This document shows, one piece after another, positions 1 to 9,851 of a DNA stretch of 64,000 nt (position 1 is its first letter; every line of letters begins with the position of its first letter). Below the pieces are notes generated by a model. The model was not told the DNA's origin. It worked only from the letters and a program-made list of their open reading frames with translations, and made no database searches. The stretch comes from Pseudomonas phage pPa_SNUABM_DT01: the sequence record MW735835.1; one strand, 5' to 3'. A program made the translations under genes and the position numbers.

Positions 1-106
1 TGATCTGCCACGGCTCGACAGCGGTCTTGTTGGTAAAGTTGAAGATGTCCAGCAACATCTCGTTTGCGGGCTTGTTATACCGCAGGGGACGTACGTAAGC
101 AGACAT
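1..106 (-). CDS. Hypothetical protein, N-terminal 35 codons only (gene runs off the window start)
   Basis: The reverse complement of 1-106 begins ATG TCT GCT TAC... and translates MSAYVRPLRYNKPANEMLLDIFNFTNKTAVEPWQI. An AAGAGG RBS lies 7 nt upstream, at 108-120 on the minus strand. The gene is co-directional with the downstream minus-strand genes. Confidence 0.5.
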   Translation of the reverse strand, partial: MSAYVRPLRYNKPANEMLLDIFNFTNKTAVEPWQI

Positions 107-115
107 GTGAACCTC

Positions 116-559
116 TTAGGCTTTCTGGATGGTCATCTGACCGTACCACCGCAGGGAGTTTGCAGCTGCCTGTAGGGTAAAGGACGGTGTGTTGAAGACC
201 ACTGAATCGAAGTCGCTCTGAGCGAAGACGATGCCGGTCTTGGCGGAGATCGCATTGCCTACGTCGTGGCTGAGGATCTCGCCGTCGAACGGCACAGGGA
301 ACGGCGTGCTGAACAGAGCACCCAAATCGATGCGTTTGATCGTGATGTCGCACTGACCACTGAAGCGGTTCGCCTCCGAGTTCGGGAGCGAAGCGCGGGC
401 CTTTATGCGCAGCACGATGTCAGGGCCATTGCTGCTGACCACGGAAACCAGTTCCACGAAACGCGGATTAAACTGGGTGCCGTGCACTTCATTGAAAGCA
501 ATCAGCGCGGCCTCGAACGGTTCGTACTTGAGCAGCTGCTCGAGGGTAAAGTTGGCCAT
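116..559 (-). CDS. Hypothetical protein (147 aa)
   Basis: Intact ORF tightly packed between flanking minus-strand genes (a 2-nt gap to the upstream stop). GC-rich third codon positions match the neighbouring genes. Confidence 0.6.
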   Translation of the reverse strand: MANFTLEQLLKYEPFEAALIAFNEVHGTQFNPRFVELVSVVSSNGPDIVLRIKARASLPNSEANRFSGQCDITIKRIDLGALFSTPFPVPFDGEILSHDVGNAISAKTGIVFAQSDFDSVVFNTPSFTLQAAANSLRWYGQMTIQKA

Positions 560-561
560 GA

Positions 562-1545
562 TCAGTTCGCCTTGTAGTCGATGGTCAGCTCGCCGGTGTA
601 ACGCAGGTTGTCAGCCCGGAAGACGATAGTCAACGTCACCAGCTGACCAGAAGGCACTGGCTGGTAGGTTTCGATCTCCACGTCAACCAATGCGATAGGC
701 AAGCCGGTCTGCTGAGCCACCGCAGCGATCATGTACATGGTGGTCGGGACACTCGGACCCTGGACCACGAACTGTGCACCGCTCTGGCTCCAGCCAAAAT
801 CGTAACGGGTGTAGACCAGTTCGACATTGCCCAGGTAGTAGCCATCACCGGAAGCAGTGGCCACGATCTTGGTGTTGTCGTACCGGTAACCGCTGATCTT
901 TTCCGGCGTACCAAACGTCATCCGAGCCGGCTCCAGAGGGTACGGCAGAGTGGCGTTGTTATCGGCTTGCATCTGGGTGATGAGTCTGGCCTGGGCCTCG
1001 CCAGTGAAGTCGGCTGCCGCGCGGAACCCACTGAGAGTGGTGTCAGCGATGACATCGACCAGCTGTCGCTGTTTCGGCTTGAGCACGAAAGTGTCCGACC
1101 CGTAGAGCAGGAACTGGCCCGGATTCATCGTCAGAGTGACGTTACCCAGTGCATTGACCGGAGCGTTCACCACCTGGTCCGAACGATCGGCCAAACCGTT
1201 GGCATGGCAGAAGATCGCCATCAGCTCTTTGGTGGTGGTGGGGAGGTCTGCTCGGATGGTCGAACCGAACTTGCTCTTGAGCGCTGCCAGTGCGATCCGG
1301 CGGTACCGGATGTCCTGGCTGTTCTGATAACCCCACAGGGAGACATCAGCTTTACTGCGGTTGATCGACACAGCAGTCTTGGCAAACTGAGCATCAGCCT
1401 CCACGCGAATGGGGCCGTATTGGAATCCCGAAGCATCTACGCCCGCAGTAAGCAAAGAGCCCAGGAGGCGCTGGAACGCCTCCTGGTCGGATTCCTTCAG
1501 TGCTGCCAGGGTCAACTGGGCGCCACTAAGGATTTGTGAAGGCAT
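562..1545 (-). CDS. Hypothetical protein (327 aa), possibly virion-associated
   Basis: Long ORF. Its start overlaps the stop of the upstream 729-aa gene by 20 nt (operon-like coupling). No recognisable motif. Confidence 0.65.
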   Translation of the reverse strand: MPSQILSGAQLTLAALKESDQEAFQRLLGSLLTAGVDASGFQYGPIRVEADAQFAKTAVSINRSKADVSLWGYQNSQDIRYRRIALAALKSKFGSTIRADLPTTTKELMAIFCHANGLADRSDQVVNAPVNALGNVTLTMNPGQFLLYGSDTFVLKPKQRQLVDVIADTTLSGFRAAADFTGEAQARLITQMQADNNATLPYPLEPARMTFGTPEKISGYRYDNTKIVATASGDGYYLGNVELVYTRYDFGWSQSGAQFVVQGPSVPTTMYMIAAVAQQTGLPIALVDVEIETYQPVPSGQLVTLTIVFRADNLRYTGELTIDYKAN

Positions 1546-3715
1546 CGGTTTCTGTCCTGTCGAAAAGGTCAGCGATTGGCTTGGACTGGAGGCTCGGGAT
1601 AGCAGCCACTTTACCGTTCAAGGTAGTCAGGTCCACCGTCGGTTGCGTAATCGCCCCGAACAATGTTCCCAGGGACACACCTCGTTCGATGTATTGGTTC
1701 ATCCCAGACATGTCCCAGTCCAACCCGATCTGCATTTCCATGTCGTGAGCAGCGTGCTGATCGAATGCCCGAATGGACACGCCGCTCAGGTCGATCAACT
1801 GCTTCCACTTGGCCTTGCCGTAGAAGTCCAGCGGGACTGCCAAGGTGACCGGGAGACGCATGTGGTGGTGGGAAATGCCGCCTTGGTTGTGCCAGCGGAT
1901 GTGCGGCCAGTCAAACATCATGACCGCTTCTTCGTTGATCTGTTGAATGAACTGGATGCTGTAGGACGACAGCTGCGACATGATGTTCAGCATCGCACGC
2001 TGGATGTCTTTCAGGGTCATGGCGGTGCGCAACGACAGACCAGTGGCCTGGTTGAGGATACCGAGCATGATTTCATCAAGTTCAGACGGGGTGTAGTTCT
2101 CGAAGCTAAGTCCACGGTCACGCAACCACTGGGAATAGTTCTGCCCGTGGTCCATGTCGACTGGGATGTCGGCATAGAAGCGATTGGTCATCAACTGGAT
2201 CTCGGCGTATTGCAGGAGGTCTTCCCGGAACACGTAAAGATCACGGTGCAGGAGCATCCGGGCTTGGATTTCTTGACACGCCTTGAGGAATGAGTCCACC
2301 GACACGTAGTTGGTGATAACGACATTGTCCTTCAAAGCTTCATTGATGAATGCATCGCTGGTGACTTCGCGAGTGGTGATGCTGCGCAGCTCTTCGAAGG
2401 TCGGCAAAGGCATCCGACGTACCCGTTTGGCCATGATCCGAGGGATCTCGACCATCTCCACGCCCAGACGGAGCATGTAGAGGTACTGGTAGACGATGTA
2501 CGCCTCTTTCATGGACAGCTTGAAGCTCTCGCCGCCATTCGGCATCTGCAAAGTCAGCACCGTGCGGTACAAACCCTTGTCTGCGAAGTAGATCCACTGG
2601 TTCAGTAGCACTTCCGAGAGGGTGTACGGCTCGGATTCCTTCAGATCGAGGACGTTCGACTCAAGCGTCTTGGTCTCGACCTCGGCATTGAGGCTTCTGG
2701 CCGCCAATGTCGGGATGTATTCCTCAGCATACTCCTGTTCGGAGAGGTTCGAACGGGCCAACGTGCGCTGAAGATCCAACATCTGTCGGGTATTCTTGAT
2801 GTCTTCACCCAACGCCGACGGAATTCCGTTGATGCTGGAGCGGAAGTACTGAATTTCCGGGTCGTAGTTCTCAGCGACCGCCTCATCTTGTTGCTGGAGG
2901 GTGTATTCGGCCACCGGGAAGTTCCGTTTGGTCATGACTTGCTCGACCAGTTCACGGAAAATCTCGTCTTTACCGTTGTTGCGCATGATGTAACGAATGT
3001 TGCGGTAGAAATACAGCCGCTGGAACTCGTTCATCTCGTTGTAGTACTGGTCCAAGGGACCAAACGACGCCAGGTAACGACGAATGTGGTAGCTGTGCAC
3101 CTTCTCGGTACGGCAGTTGTCCAAACGAATGGACTTGATCTGCTTACCCATGGCCATGAACATCACGCCGAGGCGTGCTGCGATGAACATGCTGTTGTTG
3201 ATGCGGTAATCATCAGCTGCCCAACGGATAAAAAGACCGTTGATCCACTCTTGCAGCTGTGGGATCAGGTTGGTTTCCCGCGATTCGACCAGGGACGGGT
3301 CATAATAGAGAATACTATGATCCGGCGCGGCGATTGCCTTAGCCATATCCACTGGATACAAGATTCCGTGGATAAGCATGTCTTGATGCGGGTACCGAGC
3401 AATCAGCTCTCTATAGTAGCGGGAGTCGTACTGATACTCTCGCCACGTGGCTCGGTGGATGTCCATGTTCTCACGGGTGAAATCAATCTCCTCGTGGGTA
3501 TCCATGGAGGTGACTTTCATGGGCGTGTCAGTAGAGTGGTACTGACCCGCCAGGTTGAGGTAGTATTTCCAGGTCTCTGGCTTGCCGGCGAGTACTTCGT
3601 GTCCCATGATGGACAGTCGGCTGTTGATGATCTCGCAAGTCGCCTCATCCTTCACCACCATAGTGGCAGCCAACCTGACCACCGACTCGTGATAGATCTG
3701 ATAAAGAGTACTCAT
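1526..3715 (-). CDS. Large hypothetical protein (729 aa)
   Basis: Uninterrupted 2.2-kb ORF. It is divergent from the 1191-aa gene across a 31-bp gap that contains an AAGAGG RBS for the plus-strand gene. No catalytic motif recognised. Confidence 0.75.
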   Translation of the reverse strand: MSTLYQIYHESVVRLAATMVVKDEATCEIINSRLSIMGHEVLAGKPETWKYYLNLAGQYHSTDTPMKVTSMDTHEEIDFTRENMDIHRATWREYQYDSRYYRELIARYPHQDMLIHGILYPVDMAKAIAAPDHSILYYDPSLVESRETNLIPQLQEWINGLFIRWAADDYRINNSMFIAARLGVMFMAMGKQIKSIRLDNCRTEKVHSYHIRRYLASFGPLDQYYNEMNEFQRLYFYRNIRYIMRNNGKDEIFRELVEQVMTKRNFPVAEYTLQQQDEAVAENYDPEIQYFRSSINGIPSALGEDIKNTRQMLDLQRTLARSNLSEQEYAEEYIPTLAARSLNAEVETKTLESNVLDLKESEPYTLSEVLLNQWIYFADKGLYRTVLTLQMPNGGESFKLSMKEAYIVYQYLYMLRLGVEMVEIPRIMAKRVRRMPLPTFEELRSITTREVTSDAFINEALKDNVVITNYVSVDSFLKACQEIQARMLLHRDLYVFREDLLQYAEIQLMTNRFYADIPVDMDHGQNYSQWLRDRGLSFENYTPSELDEIMLGILNQATGLSLRTAMTLKDIQRAMLNIMSQLSSYSIQFIQQINEEAVMMFDWPHIRWHNQGGISHHHMRLPVTLAVPLDFYGKAKWKQLIDLSGVSIRAFDQHAAHDMEMQIGLDWDMSGMNQYIERGVSLGTLFGAITQPTVDLTTLNGKVAAIPSLQSKPIADLFDRTETDAFTNP

Positions 3716-3746
3716 CGTTTAGATTCCAGATGGATAAGAGGTAAAC

Positions 3747-6700
3747 ATGAATGACCAAGTGAGGCGGTTTCCGCAGTTCGCTGGCCAGCGTTCGATCCCG
3801 AACGAGGTAAAGGCTGCGATCTCGAAACTCGGCGCAGATCCGCACGGTTCCGCCAATAAACGCGGAAATATGCGGCTACCCGATGGTCGTGTGATGGCAC
3901 ACGTTGCCAACACGACCATCGGTAACATCCGCGATGCACGCAACCTCTTCCAAATCCTGCCGGACATGGACTATGCGCGGCAGATCCTGATCTCGGCCAC
4001 CATCTCCCCCGGTGACCTGACGGACACGAAGGTTCTGTACAGCCTGGCGGATGACTCGCTCGATAGCAACCTGTCCGGACCTCTCTTGAGGATGGTCCAG
4101 GAGTTCTTCGATAATTCCTATAGGATTAGGCCGCTGCTACACCCGATCCTGAACGACGTTATGTTCGAGACGGGCTCCTATCCGATCATGATGATGCCTG
4201 AGTCGTCTATCGACCGAATCATCAACTCGGAGAACTATGGCGGCGTGTCCATGGAGTCTGCCCAACAGACCCTCGACGCGTACATGCAGGAAGAAACCAA
4301 GGATGGCAAGTACATCCCGTGGGGCATCCTGGGTAACGCCAACGCAGCCAAGGACAACGTCGATAGCTACACCGGCGTGTCGTTTGAAAGTCTGACCTTC
4401 AACGGTAGCAGCTACAACTCGGCGGTGCAAACCACCGAACTGAAGGTATCGTTCGAAAACCTGCTGGTGGACAACGAGGCCAACAAGAAGTACCGCAGTG
4501 ACCTGCAAGTGCAGTCCACTGAGATGAACAAGATCCTCAACAGCAAGGGATCGACGGTTGACGTCATCGACAACCTGACCATCCTGAAGCGTCCGCAGAT
4601 CGTGGAGACCCGTCGTAAGTTGGCCGTGCGCCGCATTTATGGCGGCAAGCTGCATCAGCGCGCTTCGCTGGAAAGTCGTGCTCAGAACGGCGACAGAGAT
4701 GCAGCACGTAACCTGGCCGCTGTTGAACGCAGCATGTACCAGAAGCGCCGCTACCAGCACATCCCTGTCCAGCCGATCATGACCCACTCCCAGACCGGCA
4801 CCGAGACCTATGGTCATCCGCTGGTCATGCACCTGCCGTCGGAATCGGTGATCCCGATCCACGTCCCAGGCAACCCGGCTGAACACGTTGGCTACTACGT
4901 CATGTTGGACATCGATGGCAACCCCATCAGCGTGGCTGATCAGACGTCGTACTACGACGACATCAAGTCGCAGATGAACAACGTGGACAGCTACGCCTCG
5001 CAAATCATCCAACAGGCCCGTCGGGGCTTCGAGGGGATGGGCGACTTCCACAACGAGATCATCGACGAGATGGGCAAGGTGTATTCCGAGGCCATCGAAC
5101 GTGATCTGCTGGCGCGGCTGCGTGCCGGTGCCCTCTCTGGCAACTACGAGCTGGGCAAGACCGAGAACATCAACCGCATCATGTTCGGTCGTCACATGAA
5201 GGGTCAGAAGACCATCATGCTGTACGTGCCTGCTGAACTGATGACTTACATCGCATTCGACTACAACGAGTTCGGTGTCGGTAAATCGGTCCTGGAAGAC
5301 GGCAAGATCCTGGGCGCTATCCGTGCCTCGCTGATGCTGTCCAACACCCTGGCTACCCTCAACAACGCGGTCGGTGGTAAGACCATCGAGATCGAGCTGG
5401 ACCCTGAAGACGAAGACCCGGTATCCACGGTGGAGTTCATGCTCTCCGAGTACGCCAAGGTCAACGCCCAAGGCTTCAGTCGCATCATCGGTTCTACTCA
5501 CCCGTTGGGCCTGGCTGACCAGATCCAAAACCACGGCGTCAACGTGGTGGTCTCGGGTAACACCCGTTATCCGGAAACCAAGCTCAACGTCAGCTCGCGT
5601 GATGGCACCAACAAGCCCATCGACTCTGATTTCGAAGAGACGATGCGTAAGCGTCACATCCAGATGTTCGGCTTGTCGCCGGAGGTCATGGAGGGCATCA
5701 ACCAGGCTGACTTCGCGACTACGGTCGTGCAGAACAACCTGATGCTGCTCAAACGCGTGATCATGAACCAGGAGAAGTTCGAGCCATTCCTCACCGACTT
5801 CGTGCGGCGGTACATCTTGAACAGCGGTACCTTCCTGGAAGACATGCGTGCCTTGATCATCGAGAACAAGACGCTCATCCCAGACCACATCAAGCAAGAC
5901 GAACGCTTCAAGGACGACGAAGCCGCTCAGGTGGATGCGTTCCTGTTCGAGTTCATCGACAGCCTGATGGTAGGTCTGCCTTCGCCGGAAGTGGGCGACA
6001 TCAGAAAGGCCATGGAGTCTTTCGATTCGTACAGCGAGGCGCTGGACAAGGTCATCGACGCGTACGTCAACGAGGAGATGTTTGCTGCCGATTACTCGGT
6101 GGGCATGGAACAACTCATCCCCAACATCAAAGCGGTCACCAAAGCGGAGTTCCAACGCCGCTGGTTGCGCAAGCACAACGTCATGCCCGAGCTGGATGTG
6201 TTCAACACGGTCAGGGAAGAAGATCAAGGCCCAGCCTTCGATCTCCTGGGCGCGGCGGAAGAACACCTCGACGGCCTCAATGGCTCCATTGCCAGCTACG
6301 TCAAACGTCTGGTTAAGGCAGCCAAGAAGCGCGCCAAAGTGCTCGAGAAACTCACCGAAGAGAAGACCGAACTGGAAAATCTCAAGAACGACGCCGCCGG
6401 CGCCGGTGGTGACGACTACGGCAGCGATGCCGGAGGCGGTGATGGTGGTGATGATCTGGGTGACGGCGGTGACGCCGGTCTGGATCTGGATGGCGGTGAT
6501 GCAGGAGACGGGGGTACTGACGAGGGCGGAGACGGCCTTGACATGGACCTCGATGGAGGTGACGGCACTGACACCGGCGATGCCGGTGATGGCACCGATG
6601 GTCTCGACCTTGACGGTGGAGATGGTGCTGACGGTACCGACGGTGGTGAATCCGGCGCCGATGCAGAGCTTGCCGCTCTGGACGCTGGTGGGGAGGGCGG

Positions 6701-7322
6701 TGACGCAGAACCTGCTGCCGCTGAAGCTGCATCTGCTGATGCTGACCTGGCTCTGGATGACACTGCTGCTGACGCTACTGGCGATGAGGCTCCGGCCGAA
6801 CCCGCAGAGGCTGACGCAGACCTCGACCTGGATGAAGGTGATGGAACCGGAACTGACACCGACGCAGACAATGCAGGTGCTGGTGACGATCTGGATCTGG
6901 ATGCAGGCACTGAACAACCGGCAGAAAACGAAGGCGCTGAGTCTGAATTGGAAGTAGAGGACGAACCTGAAGCTGCTCCTGAGCCGAAGGAAGACACCCC
7001 TGCTGAACAACCGGCTGAGAGCAACGTAGAACCGGTCACTGAAGAAAACCTCCAGATCAAGGATATCCCGATCGAAGAGGAAGAAGAGCCTGAACTGGAA
7101 GGCGCTGCTGCCACTGACGAACCCGCTGCTCCGGCAGAAGGTACCGACGGTGAACAGCCTGCTGCGGAAGAACCTGAGCCGGAACTGGAGGAGACCCCAG
7201 AAGCCCCGCAGGTAGACGACGAAGCAAACAAGCCAGAAGGTGAGGAAGAAGAGGAAGAGAGCAAGGATAAGTCCGACAAGGACGATCTGGATCTCGACCT
7301 GCCGACTCCTCCTAAGGCGTAA
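3747..7322 (+). CDS. Large protein (1191 aa) with a ~320-aa C-terminal acidic low-complexity tail rich in D/G/E/A/P
   Basis: ATG at 3747 preceded by AAGAGGTAAAC. The N-terminal ~870 aa are of complex composition. The C-terminus holds tandem acidic repeats of the form LDLDGGDAGDGG / GGDGTDTGDAGDG and ends ...DLDLDLPTPPKA. Confidence 0.8.
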   Translation: MNDQVRRFPQFAGQRSIPNEVKAAISKLGADPHGSANKRGNMRLPDGRVMAHVANTTIGNIRDARNLFQILPDMDYARQILISATISPGDLTDTKVLYSLADDSLDSNLSGPLLRMVQEFFDNSYRIRPLLHPILNDVMFETGSYPIMMMPESSIDRIINSENYGGVSMESAQQTLDAYMQEETKDGKYIPWGILGNANAAKDNVDSYTGVSFESLTFNGSSYNSAVQTTELKVSFENLLVDNEANKKYRSDLQVQSTEMNKILNSKGSTVDVIDNLTILKRPQIVETRRKLAVRRIYGGKLHQRASLESRAQNGDRDAARNLAAVERSMYQKRRYQHIPVQPIMTHSQTGTETYGHPLVMHLPSESVIPIHVPGNPAEHVGYYVMLDIDGNPISVADQTSYYDDIKSQMNNVDSYASQIIQQARRGFEGMGDFHNEIIDEMGKVYSEAIERDLLARLRAGALSGNYELGKTENINRIMFGRHMKGQKTIMLYVPAELMTYIAFDYNEFGVGKSVLEDGKILGAIRASLMLSNTLATLNNAVGGKTIEIELDPEDEDPVSTVEFMLSEYAKVNAQGFSRIIGSTHPLGLADQIQNHGVNVVVSGNTRYPETKLNVSSRDGTNKPIDSDFEETMRKRHIQMFGLSPEVMEGINQADFATTVVQNNLMLLKRVIMNQEKFEPFLTDFVRRYILNSGTFLEDMRALIIENKTLIPDHIKQDERFKDDEAAQVDAFLFEFIDSLMVGLPSPEVGDIRKAMESFDSYSEALDKVIDAYVNEEMFAADYSVGMEQLIPNIKAVTKAEFQRRWLRKHNVMPELDVFNTVREEDQGPAFDLLGAAEEHLDGLNGSIASYVKRLVKAAKKRAKVLEKLTEEKTELENLKNDAAGAGGDDYGSDAGGGDGGDDLGDGGDAGLDLDGGDAGDGGTDEGGDGLDMDLDGGDGTDTGDAGDGTDGLDLDGGDGADGTDGGESGADAELAALDAGGEGGDAEPAAAEAASADADLALDDTAADATGDEAPAEPAEADADLDLDEGDGTGTDTDADNAGAGDDLDLDAGTEQPAENEGAESELEVEDEPEAAPEPKEDTPAEQPAESNVEPVTEENLQIKDIPIEEEEEPELEGAAATDEPAAPAEGTDGEQPAAEEPEPELEETPEAPQVDDEANKPEGEEEEEESKDKSDKDDLDLDLPTPPKA
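6390..7319 (+). repeat. Coding low-complexity acidic repeat region (Asp/Gly/Glu/Ala/Pro-rich) inside the 1191-aa gene
   Basis: Repeated GAT/GAC/GGT/GGC codon runs (GGTGACGGCGGTGACGCCGGTCTGGATCTGGATGGCGGTGAT...). This region generates the spurious antisense ORFs 6382-6732 and 6416-7369. Confidence 0.8.
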
Positions 7323-7325
7323 CAG

Positions 7326-7358
7326 CATAGAGCGGGAGCCATTGGCTCCCGCTCTATG
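7326..7358. terminator. GC-rich palindromic hairpin between convergent genes (CATAGAGCGGGAGCC-att-GGCTCCCGCTCTATG)
   Basis: Perfect 15-bp inverted repeat lying 4 nt after the stop of the 1191-aa gene and 8 nt before the stop of the minus-strand 224-aa gene. No U-tract follows. Confidence 0.55.
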
Positions 7359-7365
7359 TCGCGTG

Positions 7366-8040
7366 TCACAGATCGCCGATATTGGTCGATGGGTACGCTC
7401 GATTCGGACCCCAGATAATGCGGACGGCACCCTTACCACCAGCCGAGTGGTTATACGGGTAGCCAGGACCAGCGTTATAAGAACCACCACCACCACCGAA
7501 GTCACTACCAGTACGAACAGCTGGCCAGTTATAGCCAGCAGGGCGAACGGTGTACTGTGTCCAGGTTTTGATGTTGAAGCCGTATTCGTTGTTGGCGGGG
7601 GCTAGACCACCTGCGTTACCACCACCTATCGAAGGACTGTTAAGGTAAGTAGGTGCTGCATCCATACCCTGGATCTTCCCACCGAGTGGATCTTCCGAAG
7701 AATACCCAAATGCGGTGGCAGGGGAGCCGATGCCGGACACTGCTCCTGCTCCACCACCCGGTGGCACTACGATGGTGTATTTTTCACCTGGGGTAACGGG
7801 GATGTCGTTGATGTACCGGACGTTACCACCTCGTCCGTTATGACACAGTGCAGCACTGGAAGAACTGCGAGCACCACCACCGGCACCGACCATGGCCAAG
7901 CTGATACTGTAGACGTTATCCGGACAAGTCCATTCGAATGTACCTACGGTGGTGAAGTACTGCTGACCATTCACCAGCGTCAGCTTTTTAGCAGGAGGCC
8001 CACCTGCAAGAAGAAAGGTTCTCACGTTGTGATCTCTCAA
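7366..8040 (-). CDS. Glycine-rich protein (224 aa), probable virion/fibre-associated glycine-rich domain protein
   Basis: The ORF carries poly-Gly blocks (GAGGGA, GGGAGAVSGIG, GGGNAGG, FGGGGGSYNAGPGYPYNHSAGGKGAVRIIWGPN). A C-terminal Gly-rich ...G.AVRIIW motif is typical of phage Gly-rich domain proteins. Confidence 0.55.
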   Translation of the reverse strand: MRDHNVRTFLLAGGPPAKKLTLVNGQQYFTTVGTFEWTCPDNVYSISLAMVGAGGGARSSSSAALCHNGRGGNVRYINDIPVTPGEKYTIVVPPGGGAGAVSGIGSPATAFGYSSEDPLGGKIQGMDAAPTYLNSPSIGGGNAGGLAPANNEYGFNIKTWTQYTVRPAGYNWPAVRTGSDFGGGGGSYNAGPGYPYNHSAGGKGAVRIIWGPNRAYPSTNIGDL

Positions 8041-8249
8041 TCAGTTAAAAAAGGTCGTACATAGGATTTCCCCGTAATTTATTCCGGGTGGGGGTAATCC
8101 TCTGAATAAATTCGAAATGCTATAAAAAGCATTGTCGGAGCCTGCGTAGACAATGCGCTAGCGGAGGAGCGAAGCGACGACTTCTTCTATTCTTTTCTGT
8201 GGGACGCGAGTCCGAGTACAGTATGAAGTACTCCTAGGCTCATCTGGAC

Positions 8250-8465
8250 GTGACTATGGACATCAAACTGTTTTCTGACGTAGCGTTGTTTCTGGCATTG
8301 TTGGTCTCTACAGTGACCATCAGTCATTGTGCAGGTTTCGTGAAGCATAACAACATCCAACCGATCAAGATCCATCTGGATGCAATCGAGATGTTGAACA
8401 TCGTATTGACCCTGACGATTGCAGCAAAGATCGGTATCCAGGTATGGAATTGGAGTAATCCCTGA
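8250..8465 (+). CDS. Small hydrophobic protein (71 aa), putative membrane protein
   Basis: The ORF lies in the lower-GC island. It has a hydrophobic segment, LFSDVALFLALLVSTVTI. Its start site is uncertain. Confidence 0.35.
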   Translation: MTMDIKLFSDVALFLALLVSTVTISHCAGFVKHNNIQPIKIHLDAIEMLNIVLTLTIAAKIGIQVWNWSNP

Positions 8466-8680
8466 TGTACACCCTTGCGTTGATGGTCATTGCCCTGTGC
8501 TTAGTGTTTTCGATCATCGTGACTTTCGATGTCCACCACAAGTTGAGTTACACCAGTATCCGAGATCACCGTAAGGTCTTGAGGCTGGCAGGGACGGTGC
8601 AGATCTTGATCCTCCTGTGGATCATTGGTGTCATCCTGTATCGCCACGTGCGCATTGTGAACGGATGGTGGCCACTATGA
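8465..8680 (+). CDS. Small membrane protein (71 aa, two predicted TM helices)
   Basis: Predicted helices are LALMVIALCLVFSIIVTF and VQILILLWIIGVILY. The ATG overlaps the previous stop (ATGA-type coupling). Confidence 0.45.
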   Translation: MYTLALMVIALCLVFSIIVTFDVHHKLSYTSIRDHRKVLRLAGTVQILILLWIIGVILYRHVRIVNGWWPL

Positions 8681-8898
8681 GCGAGATCTCTGAGAAAGCC
8701 CAACTGGAAGCGGATCTGGCGTACATCGATGCTATCTTGATTGCCATTGATGATGCAGCAGAGAAACGTCAACAGGCCCTCCATACGAAGCATAAGGACT
8801 ACCTGTCACCTTCTGTCGTAGAAGCCCGGAATACCCTGTCTATCCGTCGGGTAGGGATCGCGGCTAAGCTGCAACGGATCAAGCTCATCGGGCGTTAG
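8677..8898 (+). CDS. Small hypothetical protein (73 aa)
   Basis: The ATG at 8677 overlaps the TGA of the upstream gene (ACTATGAGC). The translation MSEISEKAQLEADLAYIDAILIAIDDAAEKRQQ... is hydrophilic and helical. Confidence 0.4.
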   Translation: MSEISEKAQLEADLAYIDAILIAIDDAAEKRQQALHTKHKDYLSPSVVEARNTLSIRRVGIAAKLQRIKLIGR

Positions 8899-9156
8899 AT
8901 AGAGGGGTGGAAATCTCAGCTAACTCCCCCAAGACGGATAAGCAAAAATCAAAGCGTAGCAGGGGGCTTTTCCCTGCTTATGCTCCGCGTCACCGTGAAA
9001 TTCGGGGAGGACGGAAGCTGCATCTAGTTATATAGCTTTTAGACACCCTATTTATATCGGGATTAAGAATTCCATCCGAATCAATTATAACGATACATCA
9101 TTAACATGAAGTGGCGTCACTTCTTCGCCCTAATCTTCCAACTTACTGGAGGCATA

Positions 9157-9360
9157 ATGAAACCGTATATCTGGATAGTCCTCATCATCGGCGCTATCTT
9201 CTTCTTTTCGGGATGTCTCCTCGGCCGTGCTGAAGGTGGGGAGGCAGAACGGCAAGTGACTGTTCGCGAGATGGTGACCTTTACGTTTATCGTTAATGGC
9301 GGAACGACCATGGCGCTGGGTCTGATATGGATGATCACCTTCCATGTTCAAACTGGCTAA
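9157..9360 (+). CDS. Small membrane protein (67 aa)
   Basis: A GGAGG RBS (ACTGGAGGCATAATG) precedes the internal ATG at 9157. The translation is MKPYIWIVLIIGAIFFFSGCLLG... with a second hydrophobic segment GGTTMALGLIWMITF. Confidence 0.45.
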   Translation: MKPYIWIVLIIGAIFFFSGCLLGRAEGGEAERQVTVREMVTFTFIVNGGTTMALGLIWMITFHVQTG

Positions 9361-9519
9361 ATGGTAAATAAATACTAGGTCGGGTAATGATGTAGGGGAA
9401 GGGTACCAGCATCCCCGGGACAGACCAGGCGCGCGGTTAGGCAACGGCCACCGCCCCTGGCTGTCAGCTATGCCGCGTGACAGGTAGTCTACACTAACGA
9501 TGCACTATGGGGACTCGTC

Positions 9520-9714
9520 ATGAGTGAAGCCGTAGCACTGCTCCGTCGTTCTACCGAGACAAAGCAAGATACCCTGGACCTCCATTCACCGGAGATAGAG
9601 GCTAAGAACCGTGAGGCACTCCTGCTGGTCAGGAAACTACTTCGCGATTCAGTGGTCATGCCAGTGAATGAGATCGTGCTGCACAGGCTTTACCAACCCG
9701 AGTTGATTGCGTAA
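9520..9714 (+). CDS. Small hypothetical protein (64 aa)
   Basis: ORF with a GGGGA motif upstream of the ATG. A hairpin follows it at 9786-9819. Confidence 0.4.
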   Translation: MSEAVALLRRSTETKQDTLDLHSPEIEAKNREALLLVRKLLRDSVVMPVNEIVLHRLYQPELIA

Positions 9715-9785
9715 CCGCTACACCACTAAAACTCTTTACTATGCTGCTGCTCCTTCAGCATTAACCCGTAGCCGACATTGTCGGT

Positions 9786-9819
9786 CCTACCCAGAGCCTC
9801 CCATAGGGCTCTGGGTAGG
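9786..9819 (+). terminator. Hairpin CCTACCCAGAGCC-tcccata-GGGCTCTGGGTAGG
   Basis: A 13-bp inverted repeat read directly from the sequence. It sits downstream of the 9520-9714 ORF and upstream of the 9852 gene. Confidence 0.5.
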
Positions 9820-9851
9820 GGGTCTATTCCCTTTGACCATGAGAGGTAACC

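Noticed and set aside
75-577. Small plus-strand ORFs (92, 103 and 74 aa) at the window start
   Set aside because: They overlap better-supported minus-strand genes (1-106, 116-559) and have poor start contexts.
6382-7369. Minus-strand ORFs (116 aa His/Arg-rich and 317 aa Ser-rich) over the acidic repeat region
   Set aside because: They are antisense or alternate-frame artefacts of the GAT/GGT codon repeats.
4137-7505. 1122-aa minus-strand ORF spanning the 1191-aa plus-strand gene
   Set aside because: It is antisense to a gene with strong GC3 bias. The product is V/L/R/G-rich with no motifs, the classic shadow ORF of high-GC coding DNA.
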